A DNA stretch of 62,148 nucleotides, the filler included. It is 7 parts of 7 records of this genome, joined end to end, with 100 filler letters (N's around TTAATTAATTAA, not from the genome) between each part and the next. Parts side by side here need not be neighbours in the genome. Positions count along the whole stretch, not along the records: positions 32,009 to 37,451 come from SRR31147125_9190; positions 37,552 to 46,655 come from SRR31147125_9200; 5 more parts are not named here. One strand, given 5' to 3'. Positions 32,009 through 42,471 of this stretch are shown here, in pieces. Below the pieces are notes generated by a model. That model saw nothing but the letters and a program-made list of their open reading frames with translations. It was not told the origin of the DNA and ran no database searches. A program made the translations under genes and the position numbers. The first letter of the stretch is position 1; every line of letters starts with the position of its first letter.

Positions 32009-33718
32009 AAAAAGATAAAGGCAGTCAATGAGAAACATCTGGGCTTTTTAAAAGAAAGAAAAGTCGATATCGTTTTTTCTTTACAGCCAATTAAGGACAT
32101 TCATCTCAAATCAAGTTTAAATGGAGAAATCTCCCAAAATGGAAATATCCTCAACATTTATTTTATGCTGATCATAGCAATCGCCATTCTGGTTATGGCC
32201 TGGATCAATTTTATAAATCTCACAATGGCCAAATCAATTGAACGAGGTAAAGAGGTTGGCGTTTATAAAGTTTTTGGTGTTTTTCGATGGCAAATTATGA
32301 GTCAATTTCTGTTCGAATCTCTTGTTACAAATTTAATGGCCCTTGGTGGAGCAATATTAATTATTTCATTTATTCTTCCTGTGCTTAATTTAAGTCAGGA
32401 TCAGTATTTTAATGGAATATCCTTGTCCAACTTTTACTTTTGGATAACTGTTTTACCTATCATTTTGGTCTGCAACCTGATCGCCGGTTTGTTGCCTGCG
32501 TTTTTCCTGTCTTCATTTTCACCTGCTACAATTTTAAAGGGAAGGTATCATCATTCAAAAGGTGGGACGATAACCCGTAAATGGCTTGTTGCAATTCAGT
32601 TTACGGCAGCAATTGTATTGTTGTTTGGAACCTTTACAATTTACAGGCAAATCAGCTTTGTTAACGAGCAAAACCTGGGTTTTAATGAAGATCAGCTAAT
32701 TATTCTCAATTCTCCTCGATCCATGATCAAAAAGCCAAATCGGATCGATGTTTTTAATCGATATAAACAAATGTGTTTAAATAATGCTGCTATTCACCAG
32801 GTCTCAGCATCAAATGTGGTTCCTGGGAGTGAATTCTCGACTCGACCTGCGACATATAACCTTTTGGGATCTGGCGAGTCCGGCAAACCGTTTATATCTG
32901 CCAGAATTGACAGGGACTTTTTTAAAACCCTTAATGTGGAATTGGCTGCCGGTAGAATATTTTCCGATAATATTGATAACAATCGCAATGATATTATTAT
33001 CAACCAGACAGCAGCAAAAATGCTGGGCTTTCGCAAAGCGAATGATGCGGTAAATCAAACGCTCATTCGAACTTTTAATGAAAATCAATATCGTATTATT
33101 GGGATTGTTAATGATTATCATCAGTTTAGCTTGAAAAGAACCATAGAACCAATGGTCTATTTTAATTCATTCGGCTACGAGTTTGGCTACTATATTGTCA
33201 AATTTGATCCGACACAAACTGCAAACGTTGTTTCGTTTTTGGCCGAATATTGGAAATGCATCTATCCCGAAGATATTTGTGATTACTATTTTATGAACGA
33301 CTTTTTTGGGCAACAATATAACGCTGATAGGAATTTTGCGCAGGTATGGAATGCTTTTGCACTTATCGCTGTGGTAATAAGTTGCCTGGGTATAGGTGGA
33401 CTGGCACTTCAGAACGCAGTAAACAGAACCAAAGAAATAGGAATTCGCAAAGTGTGTGGAGCAAGTCTATTCCACATTATTTGGGTATTAATATTTGATT
33501 TTGTGACACTTGTTGCGGCAGCTGTATTTATTTCTTTGCCAATTTCGTGGTACGCCATGAACAAATGGCTGCAAAATTTCGCCTATCGTATTGATATTAC
33601 AATATGGCATTTCATTATTGCTGGACTAGCTGCATTGATTATTGCCCTGTTAACAGTCAGTTCACAAGCTATTCGGGCAGCAATGGCAAATCCGGTGGAG
33701 GCGTTGCGATACGAATAA
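32009..33718 (+). CDS. ABC transporter permease (MacB/FtsX family), 5' partial
   Basis: INFINL, KEVGVYK, RTKEIGIRKV, ANPVEALRYE*. Confidence 0.9.
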   Translation, partial: KKIKAVNEKHLGFLKERKVDIVFSLQPIKDIHLKSSLNGEISQNGNILNIYFMLIIAIAILVMAWINFINLTMAKSIERGKEVGVYKVFGVFRWQIMSQFLFESLVTNLMALGGAILIISFILPVLNLSQDQYFNGISLSNFYFWITVLPIILVCNLIAGLLPAFFLSSFSPATILKGRYHHSKGGTITRKWLVAIQFTAAIVLLFGTFTIYRQISFVNEQNLGFNEDQLIILNSPRSMIKKPNRIDVFNRYKQMCLNNAAIHQVSASNVVPGSEFSTRPATYNLLGSGESGKPFISARIDRDFFKTLNVELAAGRIFSDNIDNNRNDIIINQTAAKMLGFRKANDAVNQTLIRTFNENQYRIIGIVNDYHQFSLKRTIEPMVYFNSFGYEFGYYIVKFDPTQTANVVSFLAEYWKCIYPEDICDYYFMNDFFGQQYNADRNFAQVWNAFALIAVVISCLGIGGLALQNAVNRTKEIGIRKVCGASLFHIIWVLIFDFVTLVAAAVFISLPISWYAMNKWLQNFAYRIDITIWHFIIAGLAALIIALLTVSSQAIRAAMANPVEALRYE

Positions 33719-33730
33719 AAGGAAAGTATC

Positions 33731-36103
33731 ATGTTTAAAAACTATTTAAAAATGGCATTCCGAAATTTATATAAAAACAAAGTATCTTCATTTATTAATA
33801 TATTTGGATTATCAACAGCAATTGGCCTCAGTATCGTCTCGTTCCTTTTTGTCGATTTTTATTATAACCGTGATACATTCCATGAATATGCCGAAAACAT
33901 ATATCTGGTTCAAAATACTGTTGTCAGCGACGAGTCCGAGCAAATCTGGGGAAATTCACCTGTGCCGCTGGGACCTGCATTAAAAGCTGATTTTTCTCAA
34001 ATTGAACGAGTTGTTCGACTGAATTACAGTACATGTACCATGCGTCACCAGGACAAAATATTTAAAGAACGACTGTTGTTTGCGGATAACGAATTCCTGG
34101 ACATTTTCACCTTCCCTTTAAAATACGGGGGCAAAAATGCTTTTTCTAACAACAATTCCATAATTCTAAGTGAAGATATTTCAAAAAAATACTTTGGGGA
34201 AATTAATCCAATAGGAGAAAACCTTACTCTTACTTTTCAAGGAGGGCGAAAGCAATTATTTGTAGTTAAAGGTGTAGCGCACGACTTGCCTAAAAACGCA
34301 AGTTTTACTTTTAATGTTCTTGTCCCTTACCAAAATCCAAACAATGTTGCGATTGATGATTTGCACGACTGGAGTCTTTTAACCGATGCTACTTTTATTC
34401 AATTGGCTAATCCTGGGGATATTCAGACTATAAAGCAACAGGCCGACAAATATATTAAATTACAAAATGCTTCAAACATTGATCGGCAAATGACTCATCT
34501 ATTGTTTGAACCACTGCTTACAATGGCTCAGAATGATTACAGGTACAGGGGGAGTATAATTAGGATTAAATTATATCCTGCGCAGATTTTTAGTATGTTG
34601 TTTCTCGGGCTCTTTCTATTATCGCTGGCGTGTTTTAATTATATGAATATTTCCATAATTGCTGCAACACGCAGGTTTAAAGAGATTGGCATCCGCAAAG
34701 TTGTTGGAGGGGACCGTTTGCACATCATTTTTCAATTTCTTGGGGAAAACACTTTATCATGTTTAATTGCTTTAACTATTGGAATCGCTTTGGCCCATTT
34801 CTTCTTTGTCCCTGGTTTTAACAATCTTTTCGGCATTTTAAATTTTGATGTGGATCTTTTCAGCAACGGTAAACTTTGGGTATTTTTAATATCCGTATTA
34901 TTATTATCCGCCTTGGGAGCGGGAGCATACCCGGCATTTTATATGTCTTCCTATAAACCAGCAGGCATCTTTAGGGGAAAACAAAAATTTGTCGGCAATA
35001 ATCTATTGACAAAAATTATACTGGGAGCGCAACTAGTTCTTTCGTTTACCTTTCTGGTGTTCGGGGTACTTTTTATTCAGGATAATGAATATCAAAGAAA
35101 TAGAGACTGGGGCTTTAAAGGACAACATGTTATCTATATTCCTGTTAATGATAAAAGTCAGTTTGTCAAGCTCAAAAATACAATTGAATCAAATCCCAAT
35201 GTCTTGAGTGTGGCGGGTTCGGTACATCATATCCTAAGAGATTATGGAAGAGATGGGATTCAAATAAAAAATAATTGGTATGATGTAGCAAAATTGGACG
35301 TTGGTTTTAATTATCTCGAAACTATGGGGATACGATTAAAACAAGGGCGCTTATTTAAAAAGCAGATGGGAACAGATAGTGACCAGTCTGTCATTGTAAA
35401 TGAAGCATTTGTAAAGAATATGAATTGGCAAAACGCCATTGGAAAAGAGATTGTTTCGAAAAACAAGAGATATAATATTATTGGCGTTGTTGAGGATTTT
35501 CACTATGGAAATCTGATAAAAGCAGTTGAACCTGCAATTTTAAGAGTGGTTCCGGAAAATGAATATCGTTATCTCGTTGCATTAACAAAACCCGGAACAA
35601 TGCTTGAGATAATGAAGGATTTGAAAAACAGGTGGCGCTCTCTAATGCCGGATACTCCCTTTGCGGGATTCTTTCAGGACGATATTTTAGTGTTGCATTT
35701 CCACGGAATGGCCGGCGTGGCAAAAACTTCCTCTTTTACAGCGTTGATAGCTCTCATTATTACCTGTATGGGAATTTACGCAATGATTTCCATGAATGTT
35801 ATGAAAAAAATGAAAGAGATCAGCATTCACAAGGTGATGGGAGCTTCTGTTCGTGATATTGTCGGTCTTGTGAATAAAGGATTTTTAAGGATTTTTTCGA
35901 GTGCTATAATTATTTCAATCCCGATAAGCTATTTTATGGTGAAAATGTTATTGGATTCAATTTGGGAACACCACAGGGCATTGGATGCAACTCCGTTTGT
36001 TTTGGCATTTGGGATAATTACAATCTCGATTGCTTTGACTATATTTTCGCAAATTTATAAAGCAGCGGTAGCAAATCCGATTGATGCACTGAGGGACGAA
36101 TAG
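33731..36103 (+). CDS. ABC transporter permease (MacB/FtsX family)
   Basis: MFKNYLKMAFRNL, KEIGIRKVVG, ANPIDALRDE*. Confidence 0.93.
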   Translation: MFKNYLKMAFRNLYKNKVSSFINIFGLSTAIGLSIVSFLFVDFYYNRDTFHEYAENIYLVQNTVVSDESEQIWGNSPVPLGPALKADFSQIERVVRLNYSTCTMRHQDKIFKERLLFADNEFLDIFTFPLKYGGKNAFSNNNSIILSEDISKKYFGEINPIGENLTLTFQGGRKQLFVVKGVAHDLPKNASFTFNVLVPYQNPNNVAIDDLHDWSLLTDATFIQLANPGDIQTIKQQADKYIKLQNASNIDRQMTHLLFEPLLTMAQNDYRYRGSIIRIKLYPAQIFSMLFLGLFLLSLACFNYMNISIIAATRRFKEIGIRKVVGGDRLHIIFQFLGENTLSCLIALTIGIALAHFFFVPGFNNLFGILNFDVDLFSNGKLWVFLISVLLLSALGAGAYPAFYMSSYKPAGIFRGKQKFVGNNLLTKIILGAQLVLSFTFLVFGVLFIQDNEYQRNRDWGFKGQHVIYIPVNDKSQFVKLKNTIESNPNVLSVAGSVHHILRDYGRDGIQIKNNWYDVAKLDVGFNYLETMGIRLKQGRLFKKQMGTDSDQSVIVNEAFVKNMNWQNAIGKEIVSKNKRYNIIGVVEDFHYGNLIKAVEPAILRVVPENEYRYLVALTKPGTMLEIMKDLKNRWRSLMPDTPFAGFFQDDILVLHFHGMAGVAKTSSFTALIALIITCMGIYAMISMNVMKKMKEISIHKVMGASVRDIVGLVNKGFLRIFSSAIIISIPISYFMVKMLLDSIWEHHRALDATPFVLAFGIITISIALTIFSQIYKAAVANPIDALRDE

Positions 36104-36152
36104 TGGAAAAATTGGTTTGGAAAAATACCTGGAGATTGTGAGGCTGGAATCC

Positions 36153-36223
36153 TTGTTAACCGTTCTATGGCAAGCAATTAGGGCAGCGACGGCCATTCAG
36201 TTGAATCGTTGCGGTATGAATAA
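36153..36223 (+). pseudogene. relic 3' end of a deleted permease paralogue
   Basis: Reads LLTVLWQAIRAATA..VESLRYE*, similar to the end of the first permease. Confidence 0.65.
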
Positions 36224-36237
36224 ACGGGAAAATCATT

Positions 36238-37451
36238 ATGATTAAACACATTGTGCTCATTGTTTTTAGAAACTTTAAAAGAAATAAAAGTTCATTCTTT
36301 ATTAATCTGGTTGGTCTTTCCACAGGATTGGCCTGTGCATTTCTAATTTATTTATGGGTAAATGACGAGTTACATGTTGACAAATTTCATGAAAAGGACA
36401 ACCGGCTTTATCAGGTAATGATGAATATGCCAAGACCGAGCGGCATTGTTACCGGGCCAGACACACCGGGATTGTTAGCTCAGGCTATGGCTGAGGAATT
36501 GCCCGAAATTGAGCATGCTGTGGCGGTAATTCCTGCTGGTTGGTTTCGTAGTGATGGAATAATTTCTTTTGATAACGTGGAATTAAAGGCAAATGAGAAA
36601 TTCGTAGGCAAGGATTACTTTCATCTATTCTCATATGAACTGCTTCAAGGGGACGTCGATCAGGTTTTAGTGGACAAGAATTCAGTATTAATTTCCGACG
36701 AACTTGCCAGGAATTTATTTGGATCATCAGAGAATGCATTTGGGAAAACAATAGAATGGAAACGAGGTGGCAATTTTGTATTTAAAACACATTATTCAGG
36801 AATGTACACAATTTCAGGTATTTTTAAAAGCCTGCAAATTCAACAGATCAATTTGACATGCTTTTCAGCTATGATCTGTTTTTCGAAAAGATGGGAAAAA
36901 ATCTTGTTAAATGGACCAATTCAAATCCCCACACCTATTTAACATTAAAACCCGGCACCAACGTTGAAAACTTTAATGCAAAAATTAAAGATTTTATACA
37001 ATCAAAAGACGCAGGCACTGTATCCTCCATATTTATTCAACAATATTCAAAACGTTATCTGTACGGTCGTTATGAAAATAGTGTACAATCAGGCGGCCGG
37101 ATTGTTTATGTAAGATTATTTTCAATAATAGCTTTATTTATTCTGATAATTGCATGCATTAATTTCATGAACCTGTCTACAGCAAAAGCATCCGTGCGAA
37201 TGAAGGAAATTGGGGTAAAAAAGACAATTGGCGCCAACCGCAAGGCCCTTATCGCCCAATATCTGGGTGAATCCATGTTTATGGCGCTCCTCTCGTTGAT
37301 ATTTGCTATACTGATAATTAAGCTATTGCTTTCCCAATTTAATGCCATCACAGGCAAAAATCTTGGCTTAAATATCGATCCAAATCTTTTATTAGGTATT
37401 GGTTGTATAACACTTTTTACCGGGCTTGTTTCGGGTAGTTATCCCGCATTT
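36238..37451 (+). CDS. ABC transporter permease (MacB/FtsX family), frameshift near 36830, 3' partial
   Basis: FINLVGLSTG, DKFHEK; second frame ACINFMNLSTA, KEIGVKK, SGSYPAF. Confidence 0.88.
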
Positions 37452-37551
37452 NNNNNNNNNNNNNNNNNNNNNNNNNNNNNNNNNNNNNNNNNNNNTTAAT
37501 TAATTAANNNNNNNNNNNNNNNNNNNNNNNNNNNNNNNNNNNNNNNNNNNN
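37452..37551. other. artificial contig spacer
   Basis: N-run with TTAATTAATTAA. Confidence 0.99.
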
Positions 37552-37698
37552 AAAATTTCTATTTTTCAACAGTCCCCATGTATAAACAATTGCCAGTAAA
37601 AAATATAGGTAATCATAATTTTTGTGATAATGTCACAGTAAGTTTTTCTGGCATGTGTTAATTTATTATCAATAAACCAATGGAAAGGAAAAACTTAA

Positions 37699-38073
37699 AT
37701 GAATGATACTATGATCTACATAGCCATCGGAATTGCAGTTTTTATAGTGTTTAGAATATTAGGGAATATAGGTTCCAACAAAATATCTAAATCAAAAGCA
37801 AAAGAAATGATGAAAGATGATGTAATTATTCTGGATGTAAGAGAAAGATACGAATTTGCTTCTGGGCATATTAAAAACGCAGTAAATCTTCCTTTAGGAA
37901 ATGTGGAGAAGGGTATAAATAAAATAGTTAAAGACAAAAATAAGATATTATTAGTGTATTGCCAAAGCGGAGCAAGGAGTAGTTCGGCAACACGTACACT
38001 GTTATCTTTAGGGTATAAAAATGCTTACAATTTCGGTGGAATAGCATCATGGAGATATGGAGTAGTTAGATAG
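37699..38073 (+). CDS. membrane-anchored rhodanese-like protein
   Basis: ILDVRE..EF..GHIKNA, VYCQSGARS, GGIASW. Confidence 0.92.
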   Translation: MNDTMIYIAIGIAVFIVFRILGNIGSNKISKSKAKEMMKDDVIILDVRERYEFASGHIKNAVNLPLGNVEKGINKIVKDKNKILLVYCQSGARSSSATRTLLSLGYKNAYNFGGIASWRYGVVR

Positions 38074-38105
38074 ATATATAAGATATGTAATTGTTTATCT
38101 TTTCA

Positions 38106-38148
38106 GAGGGTGTCCAAGAACGTTTATAGAATAGTCTTGGACATCCTC
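38106..38148. terminator. hairpin between convergent genes
   Basis: GAGGGTGTCCAAGA ... TCTTGGACATCCTC inverted repeat. Confidence 0.55.
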
Positions 38149-38254
38149 CCTTATTTATTTGAGCATTGCTGATTGGGTGTGCATTGGATTGAATTAATAA
38201 GTAAAAATCCACTAAATATGTAGAAGGAAAGGTGAACTTAAAGAACATAAAGTG

Positions 38255-39331
38255 TTACTTTCGTTCAACTACTTCAATATACCCTTTTCCAATGGAAGAT
38301 AAATATTCAATAGCTTGACGCTTAAGTTCCTCTTCAAACGAAGAGGTGTCTTTTAAATCTTCTAGAGCATCTTGTGTATCCTGAAAAGGGAGTACTTTCC
38401 TTATTTTGTCTTCGGATAATTTATTATAAGTATTGTATTCAGCAAATTTCATATCTGATAATGCCCATATGCTTCCTTCGACCCATGAATAGATTAACTG
38501 AACAGGAATAACATCATCGTATCTTGGCCAGAATGTAATTTTCTCGTCTTCTTCTGTATAGTCATATCCTTGATAGGAAAGAAGCATATATACTTTGTAT
38601 TGCTGATCTAAGTCAAGAGTCGAATAAATTTTATAGTTTACAAATACAGCATCCGAATATCCATACATAATATACAGCATTGTTTTTATATCGTGATCAA
38701 GTCTAAGTTCAATTAAAGCATCTCCCATTGAAGGCGACCAGTTAGTTAGGGGATATATTAATGAATTGCACGTTTCTGTATAGTTAGTACCTTCTTTATC
38801 AACTTCCTCATCTTCAGTATCTTCATCTCCTATTTGCCATAATGCACCTTCTATAGCATAGTAAACATACTCTGGGAAACGGAAAACAGGGCTATCTTTG
38901 TCTAGGCGAGCATACAGCGTTCCATCAGATGCCAGCTCTAACTCTAGCTCTTTTTCATTCGAATCATTATAGACTCTAATTTTATTTTCAAATTTTTGTT
39001 TAAAATCATATTCAACTATGTTATCCTGATCCTTATATGCTTCCATAATAAGTTGTGGAAGTATTGGTAATTGAGATATTCTTATTCTTTCACCATATGC
39101 AGGACTAACATCAACATAATATTCTGCATAGTCACTTACAAGCTCGGGTTCTTCTCCTCGAAAACGATCCTCAACACTTTTGACTACAGGCATATTATAA
39201 TCTAGTGGCTGTTCCATTAATCTAGATACGTCAAGCTCACCATCTATACAGCTTGAAAGTGTAACTGCTAATATAATAATTAATGAAATTGTTATTACTT
39301 TTCTTTTTATTTGTGTTTGTTTGTTTACCAT
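38255..39331 (-). CDS. acidic lipoprotein, unknown function
   Basis: Lipobox VTLSSC; long ORF. Confidence 0.75.
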   Translation of the reverse strand: MVNKQTQIKRKVITISLIIILAVTLSSCIDGELDVSRLMEQPLDYNMPVVKSVEDRFRGEEPELVSDYAEYYVDVSPAYGERIRISQLPILPQLIMEAYKDQDNIVEYDFKQKFENKIRVYNDSNEKELELELASDGTLYARLDKDSPVFRFPEYVYYAIEGALWQIGDEDTEDEEVDKEGTNYTETCNSLIYPLTNWSPSMGDALIELRLDHDIKTMLYIMYGYSDAVFVNYKIYSTLDLDQQYKVYMLLSYQGYDYTEEDEKITFWPRYDDVIPVQLIYSWVEGSIWALSDMKFAEYNTYNKLSEDKIRKVLPFQDTQDALEDLKDTSSFEEELKRQAIEYLSSIGKGYIEVVERK

Positions 39332-39418
39332 ACTTGTAATTTTATATTGTATTGAATTATGTGTCAAGCATAGTATATGTTATGATACTAACAAAATAGA
39401 TACAAATTGTTAATAGAT

Positions 39419-39448
39419 TGATGATAAATACTATGATGATAAATACTA
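39419..39448. repeat. perfect 15-bp tandem direct repeat (TGATGATAAATACTA)x2
   Basis: Seen directly, in a divergent intergenic region. Confidence 0.85.
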
Positions 39449-39532
39449 ATGCCTTGAAAAAAAACAAAAATGTAATACAATATATTTTGCGTATACGGAG
39501 TATTTACTCTGTAGATGTTTTAGGAGAGAGTT

Positions 39533-39730
39533 ATGCCAGTATTAAAGTATAAATGTAATGACTGTGATAATGTATTTGAAGAATTAGTTTCTAATACAAA
39601 TGACATTGTAATATGCAGTAAATGTAAAAGCAAAAATATAGTTAGACATTATCAGGGGAAATGCTATTCATCGCCAAATTCTGCAGGCAGATGCAATGGA
39701 AGCTGCTCAGGCTGTTCAGGCTGTAAATAG
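39533..39730 (+). CDS. FmdB-family zinc ribbon protein
   Basis: MP..YKCNDCDNVFE...CSKCKS, C-terminal CSGCSGC. Confidence 0.88.
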   Translation: MPVLKYKCNDCDNVFEELVSNTNDIVICSKCKSKNIVRHYQGKCYSSPNSAGRCNGSCSGCSGCK

Positions 39731-39764
39731 TATTAAATAAAATAAAAAGGAGCATCAATTTCTT

Positions 39765-41015
39765 TTGAAAAGCAAAATTGTAATAAATGGCGGTAAACCC
39801 TTAAATGGAAAAGTAACAGTAAGCGGAGGTAAAAACTCTGCAGTAGCAATTATTCCAGCAGCTTTAATGTCTGATGAAATATGTTATATAGAAAACATCC
39901 CCGTAATTGAGGACGTTATTGTTCTTAAAAAGATGATGGAAAAACTAGGTGCTAAAGTTGAAATAGATGGTAATACCATGAAAGTTGATCCCAGAGGTGT
40001 TTCAAAATGGATTGTTCCTGATGATTTAGCAAGAGAAATGCGTGCTAGTTATTATTTGATGGGTACTATGCTTGCAAAATTCGGTAAGGCACAGGTGGTA
40101 TTTCCAGGAGGTTGCAATATTGGGTCAAGACCTATGGATCAGCATTTAAAAGGATTAACTTCACTGGGAGCTAAAATAGACTTGAAGGGCGGCGTTTTTG
40201 TCTGTGATGCAGATAAATTAAAAGGCTGCGAGATATATATGGACGTATCCAGTGTTGGTGCGACTATTAATGTTATGCTTGCTGCTGCTAAAGCTGAGGG
40301 CATAACAACAATCGTTAATGCAGCAAGGGAACCTCACATAGTAGATCTAGCTAATTTTTTATCGGCTATGGGTGCAACTGTAAAGGGGGCAGGAACACCA
40401 ACAATAAGAATAAAAGGAGCTGCAAAGCTAAAAGGCTGTAGGTATTCTATCCTGCCAGATCAAATAGAAACTGGAACTTGGATGGCAATAGCTGCTGCTA
40501 CTCGAGGTGATATTACAATTAAGGGATGTATTCCTTATCATATGGAGTCAGCATCTGTAAAACTTGCAGAAATGGGTGTAGAAGTAACAGAGGGAGAAGA
40601 TTATATAAGGGTTAATGCCAAGAGAAGACCTAATGCCGTACATATTCAAACATTACCATACCCTGGTTTTCCCACTGATTTACAACAACCATTTACGGCA
40701 ATACTATCTACCGCTAAAGGTACATCAATGGTAATTGAAACCATATATGAATCCAGATTCAGGCATGTGGATGAGTTAAGAAGAATGGGAGCCAATATAC
40801 AAATAAGTGGGGATGTGGCTGTAATAACAGGTGTTGAGTATTTGTCTGGTGCTGAGGTAGAGGCCTCCGATTTGCGTGCTGGAGCTGCACTAATAGTAGC
40901 TGGAGTTATGTCACAAGGAACGACTGTAATATCTAATACAAAATATATTGATAGAGGGTATGAAGATATTGTAGAGAAATTAATAAGTGTAGGTGCTGAC
41001 GTTAGTCGTATATAA
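39765..41015 (+). CDS. murA: UDP-N-acetylglucosamine 1-carboxyvinyltransferase
   Basis: GGKNS, MRASY, PGGCNIGSRP, PYPGFPTDLQ, DLRAGA, IDRGYE. Confidence 0.97.
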   Translation: MKSKIVINGGKPLNGKVTVSGGKNSAVAIIPAALMSDEICYIENIPVIEDVIVLKKMMEKLGAKVEIDGNTMKVDPRGVSKWIVPDDLAREMRASYYLMGTMLAKFGKAQVVFPGGCNIGSRPMDQHLKGLTSLGAKIDLKGGVFVCDADKLKGCEIYMDVSSVGATINVMLAAAKAEGITTIVNAAREPHIVDLANFLSAMGATVKGAGTPTIRIKGAAKLKGCRYSILPDQIETGTWMAIAAATRGDITIKGCIPYHMESASVKLAEMGVEVTEGEDYIRVNAKRRPNAVHIQTLPYPGFPTDLQQPFTAILSTAKGTSMVIETIYESRFRHVDELRRMGANIQISGDVAVITGVEYLSGAEVEASDLRAGAALIVAGVMSQGTTVISNTKYIDRGYEDIVEKLISVGADVSRI

Positions 41016-41039
41016 ATAGTAATTATTATTTATATGATG

Positions 41040-41067
41040 TTGAAAATTATCTAATTAATGGTATAAT
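41040..41067 (+). promoter_or_regulatory. sigmaA-type promoter
   Basis: TTGAAA ... TG-G-TATAAT (extended -10) upstream of the pilin-like gene. Confidence 0.5.
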
Positions 41068-41076
41068 ATATATAGA

Positions 41077-41469
41077 ATGGTTAAAGGGGTGGTGTGTGTG
41101 AATAATAAAGGATTTACCGTTGTTGAACTCATAGTAACGATTGCCGTTATTGCCATATTTGCCACTGTTGGAATAATAAATCTTACTGGTAGCATGACTA
41201 AAAAACAGTTGGAAGCGGATGAAATGTCGATTTTTCAGTTAGATGATGCTACTGAATCTTATGCATTGGTTAGCGGTACAAGTCTCGATTCTAATAGTAG
41301 TGATTTTGTATTTAGTGACTGTTATTTAAATGGAGCATTGGATTATGATTTAATGTCCACAAAATTAATGGATAATGGTTATTTGCTTTTCCGCCCCCAA
41401 GTTGAAAGTAAAAATGCGGAATTCCAATGGGATACTGCTGCACAGGAATGGAAACTCGTATTTAATTAA
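41077..41469 (+). CDS. prepilin-type N-terminal cleavage/methylation protein
   Basis: KGFTVVELIVTIAVIAI class III signal peptide. Confidence 0.88.
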   Translation: MVKGVVCVNNKGFTVVELIVTIAVIAIFATVGIINLTGSMTKKQLEADEMSIFQLDDATESYALVSGTSLDSNSSDFVFSDCYLNGALDYDLMSTKLMDNGYLLFRPQVESKNAEFQWDTAAQEWKLVFN

Positions 41470-41517
41470 TTCCCTAAACAATTTATTTATTCAATTCAAT
41501 ATTTTTTATCACCAATA

Positions 41518-41599
41518 TGTGTATATCTTATCTTTTTTGATAGGATTTTTTTATGTTATTCACATTTCAAGCTCAGTTATCCACAATTATTGTTGATAA
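41518..41599. promoter_or_regulatory. cluster of DnaA boxes
   Basis: TTATCCACA 41577-41585 (perfect), TTATTCACA 41556-41564, TGTTGATAA 41591-41599, TGTGTATAT 41518-41526. Confidence 0.6.
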
Positions 41600-41644
41600 C
41601 CTGGTGTAAAACTTGTTCAAAACAGTTAAGTAGGCTGTTATTAA

Positions 41645-42358
41645 TTATTTCTTACTTTTTTTAGTCAATATTTTCTTGATTTTATTATATGCAAATATTA
41701 CTAATAATATTATAATGAAAATAGCTATCCATGCCCAAATAGGCAACTCTAAACCCATTGAACCAATTAAAGCTGAAATTATAAGTCCTGGAGGTCGTGC
41801 AATTAGCATACTTATAATAAAGAATCCCCAAGTCATCCCTGATATGCCTGCAATAAAACAGATTATATCATCTGGAAAGAACGGAAGAAGAATAACTAAA
41901 ACAAAAATAATCTTTTTATTTTTACTTATAGTATCCAAGTGCTCAGATACTTTTTCTTTTCCTATAATCCATTCAACAAATGGTCTTCCAAAAGCTCTTG
42001 CAATCCCAAATGCTGCTATTGATCCTAGAATAATTGCGGCTGAAGAAATTATTAAACTCTGCCAAAAGCCGAAAAGCACACCACCAACAGCAGTTGTTAT
42101 ATTTCCTGGTATAGGAGAGATAACCACCTGCAAAAATTGGATAATACCAAATATTACAGGAGCAAGACTGCCAAAGCTTAATATATACTCTTTTAATTTT
42201 TCAATATTACGGAATAGGTGTATAAAGCGATATTCCTTTCTAAGAACTAAGATGGACGCTACTAATATTAATATAATTAATGCAAATAATATTTTTTTTA
42301 TATTATTGTTATGTTTTGTTAGATTCTTCATATATATATTGTACATAAAAAAATCCAT
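41645..42358 (-). CDS. TVP38/TMEM64 (VTT/DedA) family membrane protein
   Basis: QVVISPIPG, GGVLFG, LLPFFPDD. Confidence 0.9.
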   Translation of the reverse strand: MDFFMYNIYMKNLTKHNNNIKKILFALIILILVASILVLRKEYRFIHLFRNIEKLKEYILSFGSLAPVIFGIIQFLQVVISPIPGNITTAVGGVLFGFWQSLIISSAAIILGSIAAFGIARAFGRPFVEWIIGKEKVSEHLDTISKNKKIIFVLVILLPFFPDDIICFIAGISGMTWGFFIISMLIARPPGLIISALIGSMGLELPIWAWIAIFIIILLVIFAYNKIKKILTKKSKK

Positions 42359-42471
42359 ATTAAAACAAAAACTTTTTTTGCACCATTAGTTTTTCTGTAG
42401 TATAATTACCTTTGATAAAAATATGTGATGTTTTTTATGAAAAAGTGACTAGATTATAAGGAGAGGAATAG

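Noticed and set aside
41676-42389. 237-aa plus-strand ORF mirroring the TVP38 gene
   Set aside because: Antisense shadow of a hydrophobic gene; the minus-strand product has the family motifs.
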